This document shows positions 10,087 through 20,763 of a DNA stretch of 64,000 bases, piece by piece (within the stretch, counting starts at the first letter, position 1; every line of letters begins with the position of its first letter). The DNA is from Oikopleura dioica (taxonomy: Eukaryota > Animalia > Chordata). The DNA is taken from contig OU015566.1 in assembly GCA_907165135.1 (NCBI GenBank), positions 1,240,001 to 1,304,000 of the forward strand, given 5' to 3'. The position numbers and the translations under genes are program-made. Below the pieces are notes generated by a model that worked only from the letters and a program-made list of their open reading frames with translations, did not search any database and was not told where the DNA came from.

Positions 10087-12439
10087 ATGAAAAAATTTAG
10101 TATTTTGATCCTCAATTTTATCAAAAATTCAAAAGCACAAATTCAATGGGCTCCGAATTTTACGACTGAAGACATAGAAGAGAAGAGTGAATCATCAAAA
10201 ATCGTAGCAACCAAACCACTAGCGATTGAAAACTTTGTTGAAACTGTAGAAATGCTGGAGATACAACAAGAACTCTCGGAAACAGGAAGTTTTCAGGGAA
10301 TCGCCCAGTGTTGGAGATGTACAGAAGCGACTTCATACGAAGGTATGTTTTTGTTCAACAAGGGTTGCCAATTTTTGAATTTTTTTCCGAAAAATTTTCA
10401 AAAAAAATGGCGATTTTTCTCATTTTTTTTGAGAGAAAATGCACTTTTGGATTACCAATAAGATTGCTGTACTTGGCCTCACAGCCAATCAAAATCCTGA
10501 TCAGGAAAATAACTTCCATTTTTTGGTTCTACCAATTTTATTGTCAAAAAAATCATGCATTTTTATGATGAAGTTGGTTGCCGCCGGGTAAGAGTTTGTT
10601 TCCAATGAAGTCTTCTCGGCGGCGGTCGGGCTACTGGAATAATGAAATGCGCAATGATCTGGTCCAAATGCGCCATGTATCCGTTCACGGTGCCGAACTT
10701 GGTCAAGAGAGCTCGTTTTCGCGCTGCTGGGATTTCAGCATTTGCAGTTGCTATTGAATCGATCAGCTCGCAAAAATCTTGCATGCGTCTTAAAATCACG
10801 GTTCTGGAGAAATTCTAAGCGTGAACGGGTTTTTATTGAGAGCCGCGTGCGCCATAATCATCTGCAATTTCGTCGAGTAGATTTGCAAGGTCGAGGTCGT
10901 AGACGAAATCATCCCTGACTTCATAAGAGATGCCTCTCGCGACTTCAAGCGGATCTGGGCTGGGCTCGGCAACCTGTGTAGAAAACCTGAGTCAGGGTCA
11001 GAAAGATCTTTCAATTATAGATCTTTCACACCCTGACTCAGGCTTTCTACACAGGTTGCCGAGCCCAGGGTCTGGGAATGAGCTCGTATCAAGCTCATCA
11101 TTTCCGGTGTCCTGGGTTCCTTGGTCTTAAAATACAGTGTTATCCTTTTCCCTTTGAATAATCCCACCTAAAGCTTGTTCTAAAATCATCCTCGCACTTT
11201 TTTGAAGCGTCCAAGCAACTAAAAATAAAAGAGGGCAAAACTAGATCATTGCTTTTTTTAAAAGTACTTATGAATTTCTTCTTGCAAATATTCCCCTCGA
11301 TTGCAGCCGACTCAACATTCGAGAGAATCGAAGCTTGTTCCGCTCGTTCCGAAACATGAAGAATTCCGTTGTGTCCTCGGGAAAGGGTTGAACGAATCGC
11401 TTCGTGGACATTTTCGTCGCTGGTTAAAAATCGGCCCATAAAGATCAAATTCAACAGTTTTCCATCTTTTCGCAGTTTTTCGCCGACTTTTGGAAGGTTC
11501 AAAAAATCGCGATTTTGTCAACTGACCTTTTTTCTTTGCAGATTCTAGCGTCTCTGTTTCATCAAAGTCGACACTGTAACTTGCTTCAGAATCAGCTGTC
11601 AGAATTTTGAATCGAGCCATTTTTAAATTTATGACAAAGTTTCATTTTTTTCTTCTGGAGAGCAACCAACCAACGCTTCTTTATCGATTTCTAGAGCTTC
11701 AAAATCCTGTTCAGATTGCGCCACTCACGGAAAAATCGAAACATGCGCTGAAGATGCAGAATGCTACATCGAAGCAAGAATCAGATCTGCTTCTGTTCGT
11801 CGGTTTACCACCGGCTGCAAGCTGGCTAATGCATGCAACGATTTGAAGAATCAGAATTTCCGAGGGCCGAAGGTTTGGAATCAGTGCAAACCGGAAAATC
11901 ATCAGGAAGAGAGCGATGTTTTTGGAGAGTCAGTTTGTCGGCAGTGTTTTAGGAACAGAATTAAAGACATTTTTAGACATTTTTTAGACATTTTTTGACA
12001 TTAAACCGACATTTTTCAGACATTTTTGACATTTTGCCGACATTTATGAGACAAATTGGACATTTAAAGACATTTACGACATTTTCAGGCATTTTTTAGA
12101 CATTTTTAGACAATTTTTTGACATTTTCAGACAATTTTAGACATCTTCTGACATCTCAAGACATTTTGAGACATTTTGAGACATTTATAGACATTTTCTA
12201 GAAATTTTCAGACATTTTAAGACATTTAAAGATAAAATATAATTCTTTCGAAAAACCTTGATAATCCTGTGAAAAGACCATGTGTTCAAGAAAAAGACGC
12301 CTCAAGATGTTTTCAAACAACAGGAGAAAATCTCGGAATCCCCAACTGGGACGATTTTGGGACGACTTGGGATGTTTTCGGCAATACGACGCGATGGTTT
12401 TGGACTTCAAATTTGCCGAAACGACAGTCTGAAAAATAA
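10087..12439 (+). CDS. Secreted cysteine-rich-domain protein, resembling larvacean oikosin-type Cys domains
   Basis: Signal-like MKKFSILILNFI. Exon 1 ends QCWRCTEATSYE-g (10342); GT-AG intron 10343-11714; exon 2 continues DCATHGKIETC...CYIEARIRS...TGCKLANAC...QNF...QC...SVCRQCF; GA-AG intron 11953-12276; last exon RPCVQEKDASRC...*. Confidence 0.65.
10563..11620 (-). CDS. BAG6: Short BAG6/Scythe-like protein (N-terminal ubiquitin-like domain plus BAG6-type helical region), nested antisense in an intron
   Basis: UBL: MARFKILTADSEASYSVDFDETETLESAKKKVGEKLRKDGKLLNLIFMGRFLTSDENV. Downstream PAQIRL and RRMQDFCELIDSIATA...VARPPPRRLH resemble BAG6 EPRVRL and RRLQPF...LACTPPRHLH as I recall them. Far shorter than vertebrate BAG6. 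Confidence 0.6.
10960..11068. mobile_element. 109-bp hairpin element at an exon junction of the BAG6-like gene (candidate introner, copy 1)
   Basis: 50-bp arms with 3 mismatches (CTGGGCTCGGCAACCTGTGTAGAAAACCTGAGTCAGGG... / ...CCCTGACTCAGGCTTTCTACACAGGTTGCCGAGCCCAG). Carries an in-frame stop if unspliced. Homologous to 31027-31122. Confidence 0.8.
11953..12276 (+). other. Non-canonical GA-AG intron with complementary ends
   Basis: TTTAG|GAACAGAATTA ... TAATCCTGTGAAAAG|ACCA; removal gives C-F-R-P-C in frame; ACAGAATTA pairs with TAATCCTGT (8 of 9). Confidence 0.6.
11963..12228. repeat. GACATTT(T)-core minisatellite filling the GA-AG intron
   Basis: More than 20 imperfect 9-11 nt units such as TTAGACATTTT. 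Confidence 0.85.
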
Positions 12440-12548
12440 AAATTTCTTTCTACTTCTGTAAATAAAAGAAAATAATACAAGCATTTGTTGATTACTCATT
12501 CTTCGGGTCAGAGTTCATTTCCAAAATTGAGTTAAATTTATAAAGAGG

Positions 12549-13047
12549 ATGAGATTTTTCAAGGTAAGCAGAAAATGAAATCTTCAAAATGAAAGAGTTA
12601 TTTTAGCTTTTTGTTTATTTTTTCGGTGTTTCCTTGAGCCAAAATTATCAAAAAGGGCAAAAAGGGGAGAAAGGAGATCGAGGACCTCCTGGCCCTGCAG
12701 GAAATTGTCGAAATTTTCTCAAAAAAGATGAATTTTGAATTTCTTTTGACCAATCAAAAAGGCCATAAAGGCACCCAAGGAATGATGGGCGACGAAGGAG
12801 CAATCGGCCGGGATGGTGCTCCCGGATTGCCTGGTGATCCCGGAGAAAAAGGTTTCAAAGGAGAAGTCGGTCGTGAAGGACATCAAGGAAAACAAGGCCC
12901 GATCGGAAGAAAGGGAGAAAAGGGCAAGCCGGGAAAAGGAAGAGTCAAGAGAAGAGAAATCAGGGAGCTGGAGTTGCTGGTTATTGAACTGGGCTATCAA
13001 CTTGAAGGTGAGCTACATTTTTTAAAGATGGCATTCAAATGCAATAA
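12549..13047 (+). CDS. Short secreted collagen-like (Gly-X-Y) protein
   Basis: MRFFK|LFVYFFGVSLSQ signal, then an uninterrupted G-X-Y run GQKGEKGDRGPPGPA|GHKGTQGMMG...GEKGKPGK and a short C-terminal tail; 4 exons. Confidence 0.8.
12701..12761 (+). other. Non-canonical GA-AG intron with complementary ends
   Basis: GCAG|GAAATTGTCGAAA ... TTTTGACCAATCAAAAAG|GCCAT; this removal keeps the Gly-X-Y register (GPA-GHK); ~10 bp stem with one bulge and one G-U pair. Confidence 0.8.
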
Positions 13048-14065
13048 AAATTGTTTTATTAATTTTATGACAATAATAGTAAAGCAGGACTATCACATTT
13101 ATTGGTAACTGTAATTATATTGGTGCATTTCATAAATTGTCATCATATTTCAAGTCCAACATCAAAATTATTTCGTCACAATTTCTTCCCTCCAGGCATT
13201 GATGTCGTTCTTATACCGCAGTCTAAAACAGATAAGCAATTGGTATTTTATATGCTACTCTAGTTTTGAGTAAAAATATCAAGGCAGAAATTTGGAAATA
13301 ATTATTTCTTGAAGTCAGAAAAAAATTTTTTTTTTAGATTATTTTGTATAATTTATATAATACATATAATTTTTAAAAATATTAAAAAGCTTCATTCTTT
13401 ACATTTTTTTGCGGTGAATTTCCCTTTTACGAGTTTAGTTCTTGACGCTCCATTTTATCTTTTCCTTCCTCTCAATCTAAAAGATCATTTTATAATGGGT
13501 CAATATGCAAAAAAATAACTCATATCAGTTGCTAGAGAGTCGTCCAAAAAAGAGGTAGCTTTTGAATGGTTTGAGTTGGAAAAAAACAAGTTTTACGCTC
13601 GAATGAACGAACACAACTTTTTTTAGGCCCACAAGGCATTCTAGTCGAGCTAGAACAGATAAACCTATTCGGTCGTCTTACCCTCCCGTGATGGATGGCT
13701 TACTCCACATTTGAGCGCTCTTGGTCGAAAATTTTGGCGCGCGGGAGAAAAAAAGGAGGAGAGGAATTCATTTACCGCAAAGAAAATTAAAGATTCTATA
13801 AAAATTAAAATGACTTTTTAGCTCTCGGCGTTGACATCGACCCAATCGACTTCAACGAGTAACAACCGACCAAGGAAAAAATCCAACTCCTGACCAAAAA
13901 ATCGAATCGAAAATAAACTCTCACGCATTTTTTTTACTTGAGAACTCAATTAAAATCTTGCATCCGCGCTTCAGCTGCTTCCAGCTGACCAGATGAGTTT
14001 GCGGTTCGGGGGAGCATTTAAATCGCAATTTCTCACATGATTTGGCTAATTTCTATTTTTCAAAA

Positions 14066-14850
14066 ATGAGAGGATCGAATTTAAATTTATTAGTTTTTGG
14101 AAGTTTGGTCGAAGCGTTGCATGGAGGAGGTGACCGGAGTGGACTTGTCAAGAAATCGGGCTCTAGAATTAAATTGCATTTTTTCGAGCATGAAATAATT
14201 AGAGACGAGACAAACAAATTCATTTTGAAAGAAATCATACATAATTAAAAAGCCCGAGAGCAGTTTACTTCTCAAAAAGTATGTCGAAATGCGATGATGG
14301 TAATCGCAAATGACTGCTTTCGGGACTGTCCATTTGACAGCAGCTCCAATCGATGTTATGACAACTGTCTCGCCGTCTTCAAGAACGTCCTAGCAGAGAG
14401 CAACTGCGATGGAATGCATCCATCTCATCACGTCGACCCTAAGCCGCCAAGGCCGACTTATGCGCCAACAGTAAGTTAAGCTTTTTTCGACCCAAGAATA
14501 TGCAGTTATGTTTTTTTCTTTATAATGTTTTATTTTTGGCTGCCATAAGGAACGACATTTTATTGACGCAATTGTGCCTAATTCTTTGAATCGTCAATTC
14601 TCTTTTCAAAACCTAACCTTCCCTTTTCCAGATCCGACCGACGCGAACTTACCCATCTCCCCCGAAAACAACTCGACCGTCAAAATACCCGCAAGATCAG
14701 CAAGGCTGGACAACTCGCCCCGTCCACAACAACGGACCCATGCACAACAACAACCACAACAACGGCTGGTACAACAACAAGCCCTACACAACTCGGAAGC
14801 CATACTACACCCCTCCCTATACCACCAGGAAAGAGGCTCAGATCGGATAA
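14066..14850 (+). CDS. Putative small secreted protein with a Cys-rich domain and Pro/Thr/Tyr-rich tail
   Basis: ANDCFRDCPFDSSSNRCYDNCLAVFK...PKPPRPTYAPT|IRPTRTYPSPPKTTRP...YTTRKEAQIG* across GT-AG intron 14471-14630. 5' exon uncertain. Confidence 0.45.
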
Positions 14851-15099
14851 GATCGGAGAAGAATCATATTTTCGGCTCATCGATTATTCCGAATTCATCA
14901 CGTCCTAGTAAAAATACGAGGAAGTTTTTGAATTATTAAGTCGCTCAAGATCATGTTTTGTGGAACGATCGTCCTGAGTCTCTTTTTTAAAGATATCCTT
15001 ATTATACTGACATGGATGCCATGTATGGCAGAATGGACAGCCAGCAAGAAATGACGACGTTTAGGGTTCAACTAAGAATCCACTTGAAAATCTACCTGA

Positions 15100-15677
15100 A
15101 AAGTGTTCAACCCTTGCAAGACTGAAATTCACACAACAACCTCCACAGCGACAACAACGACAACAACAACAACAACGACAAGCGTGCCCCTGATCCTCTC
15201 CGGCGTCCAAACACAATTCCCGAAATCTGAACTTTCTTCTCGCGGCTTCAAAAAGGCACAGTAAAACAGACGGGACAAAAAGCTAATTTCTGACGTTAAG
15301 TATTTCTCAGCTGATTTTTCGACAGGACGTGTCGGTCAAGGACTCAAGGAGATTCCAGCGGGCGCGCAGAACATTTTCGTCGGTTGTTTCAACCAAAAAT
15401 CGGGGAATGCTGAGTTCCAGGGACGGCTCGATTGATGCTTTGTTATATTTTATTCTGCGAAAATAATGAGCCTTTAAACCAGGTTGGCGTTTTTGGCGAC
15501 GAAAGCCTTTTCTTCGCCAGAAGCTTCCCTTACCAGCAGCAGACCACAGCCATCCCCGCGAACGGATTTTACAGTTACTACTCGAACAATGAAATCCCCG
15601 GAGAGCCCTTTGGTTTCGCCGCCTCGCCCGACATTTATCTCGGACCGTTTGACTTTTTCGGATCGTGTTGCGAATAA
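15100..15677 (+). CDS. Putative protein with a Thr-rich linker and C-terminal globular domain, unknown family; 5' end uncertain
   Basis: Poly-Thr exon ~15100-15257, exon ending FVGCFNQKSGNAEFQ (15420), last exon VGVFGDESLFF...FGFAASPDIYLGPFDFFGSCCE*. Confidence 0.45.
15421..15482 (+). other. Putative GG-AG intron with complementary ends
   Basis: TTCCAG|GGACGGCTCGATT ... AATGAGCCTTTAAACCAG|GTTGGC; joins F-Q-V-G in frame; GGCTC(G)ATT pairs with AATGAGCC. Confidence 0.5.
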
Positions 15678-15855
15678 GCGTATTTTTCGTCGATATTAAT
15701 TTTGCGAATAAGGTCGATTCTTTAATTTGAATCTAATGACATTCTCCCTGATAAGGTCTTGCAGACTATCCAAGTTCAAAATAGTGACCGTCACTTTTCA
15801 AGAAGATCGGATTTCCAGAAAAATAGACTGTTGAGATTCTAGAATTTTTTGGAAG

Positions 15856-16243
15856 GAATTTGTACAGGATTAATTATTCTATAATATAAAGCTAGAATTG
15901 GTATGATACCAAACCTTTTCTCAGTTTGGGATAAGGGTTAGTGCCCCTAACTTAGGGGGCAAGGAGTACCTACTTGAGGTCCCGAGAGGCGTACCCCTTA
16001 ATTTCTTGGTCAAAACTTCTCCTTATCAGCTTTTCTTAGCGAGTTTAACCTTAGGACGCATTAAGAACAAAAAATATGGGGTTTATAGAAATTTCCATTT
16101 TTCGAAGGAAAAAGCTGACGGGGGGGGGGGTCCTTAAGGGGCTTCCCGGGGGGGGGGGCGTATCACCCTTGGTAAGGCTTTAGGGTTAGGGGTATCATAC
16201 CAATTCTAGCCAAATAATAGAAGAATTGGTCCTGTAACAATTC
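15856..16243. mobile_element. MITE copy 2, same TIRs as 2327-2526, with a G-rich/TTAGGG-rich core
   Basis: GAATTTGTACAGGA...GCTAGAATTGGTATGATACC ... GGTATCATACCAATTCTAGC...TCCTGTAACAATTC. Confidence 0.7.
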
Positions 16244-16379
16244 TTTAAAAAAACTCTTTATTCTTCAAGAATCTGTCGAAAATCTACATCCAAAAATCTT
16301 CAAATCAACTTGAGAATCTATGTATTTAGAAAGCCTCTGATTATTGGATTCCGAACTTATTGCCCCCTCTTTTCCTTTC

Positions 16380-17388
16380 AACTAATCAAGCTAGCTATTC
16401 AAACTATTCGCAACGCGCGGCTAAGACTGTCAAATTCAAGCCGGACGATGGGATTGTCCGCCCGCTCAGCTCGAGAAAAGCCGCATGTCACTTTACATGA
16501 GTAAGCAAAGTTAATCTGTCATTTGAGATTTATTTTTGAAAGACTTTCCCTACTCGTCTGGATGGCGATGTGGCTCGGACACTGCTGCTAATTACGAATC
16601 CGCCACTGCGTTTAAAAAAGACTTTGTTCTTGAAGCCTGGTACAATTGATTCTTCTGAATAAAAAAAATAGCATTATTCAAAAGAAAAAAGTGTTTCAAT
16701 CATTTTTGATTTTGATTGGCCGGTAGGCCTAATACAGCAATCTCATTGGTTATTAAAAATGGACTTCGATTTAGTCCAATTTTTCGGGTTAAACCAATTT
16801 AAAGAAGTTATTTTATGGATTCGGGTTTTGATTGCCCGGTAGGCCAAATACAGCAATCTTATTGGCTATTCAAAAATGCACCTCAATTAATTGCTTTAGC
16901 CCAATTTCTTCGTGAAAAAAATCCCGTTTACGTGGTTTCCTAAATTTTCAAAATTCTGTAAATTCAAATGGAAACATTCCTTGAACTCAGTTGTTTATTC
17001 CCCGACCTCCAGCGCCCTCTTGTCCATTTTTCAGGACAGTATAAAAACGGACTTGCATCTTGTCGTCTTCAGAAAAAGAAATATAAAAAATGAATAGACT
17101 ATTTGGACTTTTATGTCTTTTTCAACTCGCCGCTGCAAATTATCTTCCTCTTCCGCCGCCAACTTCCGACGAAATGGTAAAACTAGAGATTTTTCAAAAA
17201 AGGAGTGGGAATTTTTTAAGGCTTTCGAGGAAAGTTTGATTGATTCGATGGCTGAAAACGATCTTCGCCAGTCTGATCCGACCAAATACTACCAGGTGCG
17301 TCCTTATTATGGTCAGATAGATGATGAAGGTATTTTAGATGCTTGGAGGGTTCTTTGGAGTGTGAAAAGAAGAAGAGAAGCAATCTGA
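16380..17388 (+). CDS. Probable multi-exon gene of unknown function; exon joins unresolved
   Basis: Coding-like segments with GT donors near 16500, 16640 and 17175 and a terminal ORF KEWEFFKAFEESLIDSMAENDLRQSDPTKYYQVRPYYG...*. I could not resolve a single frame. Confidence 0.3.
16703..16900 (+). repeat. Tandem dimer of the ~120-bp double-ATTGG repeat
   Basis: TTTTGATTGGCCGGTAGGCCTAATACAGCAATCTCATTGG near 16710, repeated near 16826. Confidence 0.7.
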
Positions 17389-17917
17389 AATCCTTCTCGA
17401 ACAATGCAAATCTTATTCCTCCTCGTTCAAATAAAACTAGACAAATGAAAGTCGCTTAGATGGGTTACTTTCGTGTCAAATCTTTCCAACAAAACAGGTT
17501 TTGTTTTCAATTTTATTGAGCATTCTATTTGATTCAGTTTATGATAAAAATAATTCACACTCTTTCTAGCTCATTTTTTGTTGAGGGCAATATGTCATCA
17601 ATTAGAGTCTAATTAGACGATGAATAAATGACAAAGAGTTTATGTGTCACCAATTATGTCAAGAAACTATCGAACTTCGTTTATTATTGCAAAATATGGG
17701 TCGATTTTCCACCCTGAATTGCTTTTATTAAGCAAGATAAGAATAAAAAAATAGAGTAAAAAAATAAAAAAATGACGGCTCAAAACTCACGTGTCTAAGA
17801 AAAATTTCAATATTGCTCACAAAAAAGTTTAGTATTTGACAATTGACTGATGCTATAATTTGTTAAAAGTATCAAAAAATTTGAGCTTCAAATCATACCC
17901 TATTGATGTTGACAGCC

Positions 17918-18309
17918 TTAAGGTGGTAGATATCAAGAATCGGATTTCTTGTCAGTGTTTTCTCAAATTTTTAACATAGTGACCCCCTTATTTTTTCTGC
18001 TCAAAATTTATTTCAGACATTAATCTCTTTCCTATGGAAGCCAAAAATTAGGATTTCTTGAGCTTTCGAGGTGCTACAATGCAAATTTGACACCTCCGAT
18101 TCTCGTCAAAAAGCCCATTCTAGGAAAGTCAGCAATCTTTGACGAAAAAATTTGTACAAAATTTTTTTGAAATTCGAAATTTCGGTTTCCATAGGAAATA
18201 GATAAAGGTCTAAAGTTTTTGTTTCCAAAGTAAAATAAGGGTGTCACTATTTTAAATTTGGGAGAAAAGTCTGACAGAAAATGGCGATTCTTGATATCTA
18301 CCACCTTAA
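17918..18309. mobile_element. TTAA-flanked Kolobok-like MITE
   Basis: Perfect TIRs TTAA-GGTGGTAGATATCAAGAATCG ... CGATTCTTGATATCTACCACC-TTAA. Confidence 0.85.
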
Positions 18310-18457
18310 ATAGAAGGCTCATCAGAATCCAGCAAAACAGGAAGAATAAGCTGGCTAAAGTTATCAGCAATTGATTGAACCCCCTGATCGTTTTCAAGTC
18401 ACGTCCACAGATTCTGCCATCGGCGGGAATTACTGAAATTGAGGACTCAGCTTTTTT

Positions 18458-19217
18458 TTAAGGATATAGCCTATGAAATTGAACTTTCATAGCGACTAAA
18501 TGCGACGTCGGATCATTTTATTTCTTAAGCAATTCTATCTAAAAATGTGCGCAAAACTCGATTCTGGTACTTTTTTAAAAATTTTAATTTCAATTTTTCT
18601 CTGTAGAGCGTTTTGAAATCTTACGATCGTGATTTCTCGAAACTTTTACATTAAATCGCTAAAACCAAACCAGTGACTGTATTGACAGAATGCAAAACTA
18701 GAACATTGTGGCTGAAAAATTTTCAAACTCGGCCAAATTTTCATTCTAGTGTTTTCCTCTTTCTTGCTCTTGTTTTTCTTCCATGCGCGCTTTTTTTTGT
18801 TCAACCAATCAGAGCGCTCTTTAAAACGCGCACTTTCTCTCGGAAAAGAGGAGTCGAGAGATTGAGCACCCAGCGCAGCGCTTTTTACATTACTCACGCG
18901 CCGAGGAAGCCTCACGGAAATGGCTCTAAAATCGGTTTTTGTCGGGATAAGAGAAAACCGAACCCACAATTTTGTAGATAAGGGTCTAGAGTACCTTTCT
19001 ATCGAAAAAACTCGACCGATTTAATGTAAAAATTTCGAGAAAACGCGATCGTAAGATTTCAAAACGCTCTACAGAGAAAAATTCGAATAAAAATTTTAAA
19101 AAAAGTACCAAAATCGAGTTCTGCGCACATTGTTAGATAGGATTGCTTTTGAAAATAAATGATCCGACGTCGCATTTAGGCGCTATGAAAGCTCAATTTC
19201 ATAGGCTATATCCTTAA
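18458..19217. mobile_element. TTAA-flanked MITE with ~200-bp TIRs (Kolobok-like termini)
   Basis: TTAA-GGATATAGCCTATGAAATTGAACTTTCATAGCG... mirrored by ...CGCTATGAAAGCTCAATTTCATAGGCTATATCC-TTAA; arms stay alignable for about 200 bp. Confidence 0.9.
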
Positions 19218-20356
19218 CTTACCGTTTTCAACTGTATTTTTCAGAAGAAATAAACTTTTTTTTCCACAGAAGTTTTATATTTTTCAATTTTGTCAAAATT
19301 AAAAATAACTCCAAGCAAAAGCTGAAAAAAAAATAGATTTTTGGAAAAATGAACTCAGCAAGAAAAAGTTGAATTGATTAGAATTGTGGCCCCGCGGCGC
19401 CAAAAAACACTGAGGTTGACTGCATTCAAAATCTAGCCGCCTTGACTTATCTCCGCCGCGTCACGCGTTAATTTCTCAAGAAATGGGACATGAGTTCATC
19501 CAGTCGGTTTGTGACGCAGAGTACAAAGTAAATTTTCAAAGACGAAATTAATACAATAATAAATATATATTTCTTCGGACGTCATATTTTCGTCAATAAA
19601 TAGGAAATCATCTGTAAACTTCTTTAGTCAGAACTTTCTGCTTTTTTTACGTTTTTCGCATTTTATTCGTAAGTTATTTTTTTAATTTTTGTCGTTTTAG
19701 ATAAAATTGTATTTTTTATGGACAAAAAGAGACCTGTAACTCACTGTTTTGTTGGACGTAAACCCAAATAAAAATGAATTTTCGGATAACCAATAAGATT
19801 GCTGCATTTGGCTTCCCGGCCAATCAAAACCCTGATCCAGAAAATCACTTCCATTTATGCTTATACCCTTAAATTTTGCTTGTTGTCTCGCAGACATTCT
19901 TAAATTAATCCAAATTTCATCCTGTAATATCAATTTTATCCGCGCGATGCGAAAAAAAAGGCAAAAATAAGGGTTAACTTATTCGTAATTTTCAGCGAGT
20001 ATTCTTGTGCCGGTTTCTAAAGAAGCTGGTTTGCTCGGTGATTAGGCAAAAGAGTCGACAGCAGCATCAATCGCGAGCCCCCCGGCACCGTCTGCTCCAC
20101 TGTTAACTGCTTAGTTCAGGGGAATTGCAATTGGCGCTCAAGATACCAACTTATTCTCCCCGCTGAAGCCTGACTAGTTGACTTTTCTATCTTCGACACT
20201 GAACTTCAGAGTCATTCCAGAGAGCAGCTTCCAACTGTCAAGAATCGTTTTCAACAACTTCTTGAAAAATAATCTCAAAAAAAGAGAGAGATAACTGTAA
20301 GTTGGCTTAATTTTTAACCTTAGTACGATCTCGAAAATTTCATTTCCGAGCGAGTC

Positions 20357-20424
20357 TTAAGGGTACTACCTTCAATTTCACAGCTTAACTTGGTCATTTG
20401 GACAATCGAAGGTAGTACCCTTAA
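20357..20424. mobile_element. Minimal ~68-bp TTAA MITE
   Basis: TTAA-GGGTACTACCTTC ... GAAGGTAGTACCC-TTAA. Confidence 0.7.
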
Positions 20425-20763
20425 GTTCGTTTCCCTGAGAGTTGTTCAAATTCATTCGAATAAAACATGCTTATCAAGAGCCGGTCTTTATCAATGACAC
20501 TCATACAGTCATCCTGTATTAGGCTTGATTCTCAAGTAAAGAGACAATAGAGTCGAGCGAACTGATAGATAGGTATTTTGGTAAGATAATCTCCAAAATA
20601 GCCAATCTAGGATATAAATTATATCATATTATGGAATAGACTAAGATAAGTCCATTTAGTATTAAATAGACTTGACTTGTTTCTAATGTTTTATGTAATA
20701 ACAAATTACGACATTGACTTACAACTTGAGTACATAAAAAAAACCGCATGTGTCCGATGCGAT

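Noticed and set aside
19390-20275. Possible small plus-strand gene; similar weak candidates at 22186-22428, 38620-38910, 39578-40900, 44260-44790 and 55545-55760
   Set aside because: Splice-like signals are present but the frames are ambiguous and no motif is recognisable.
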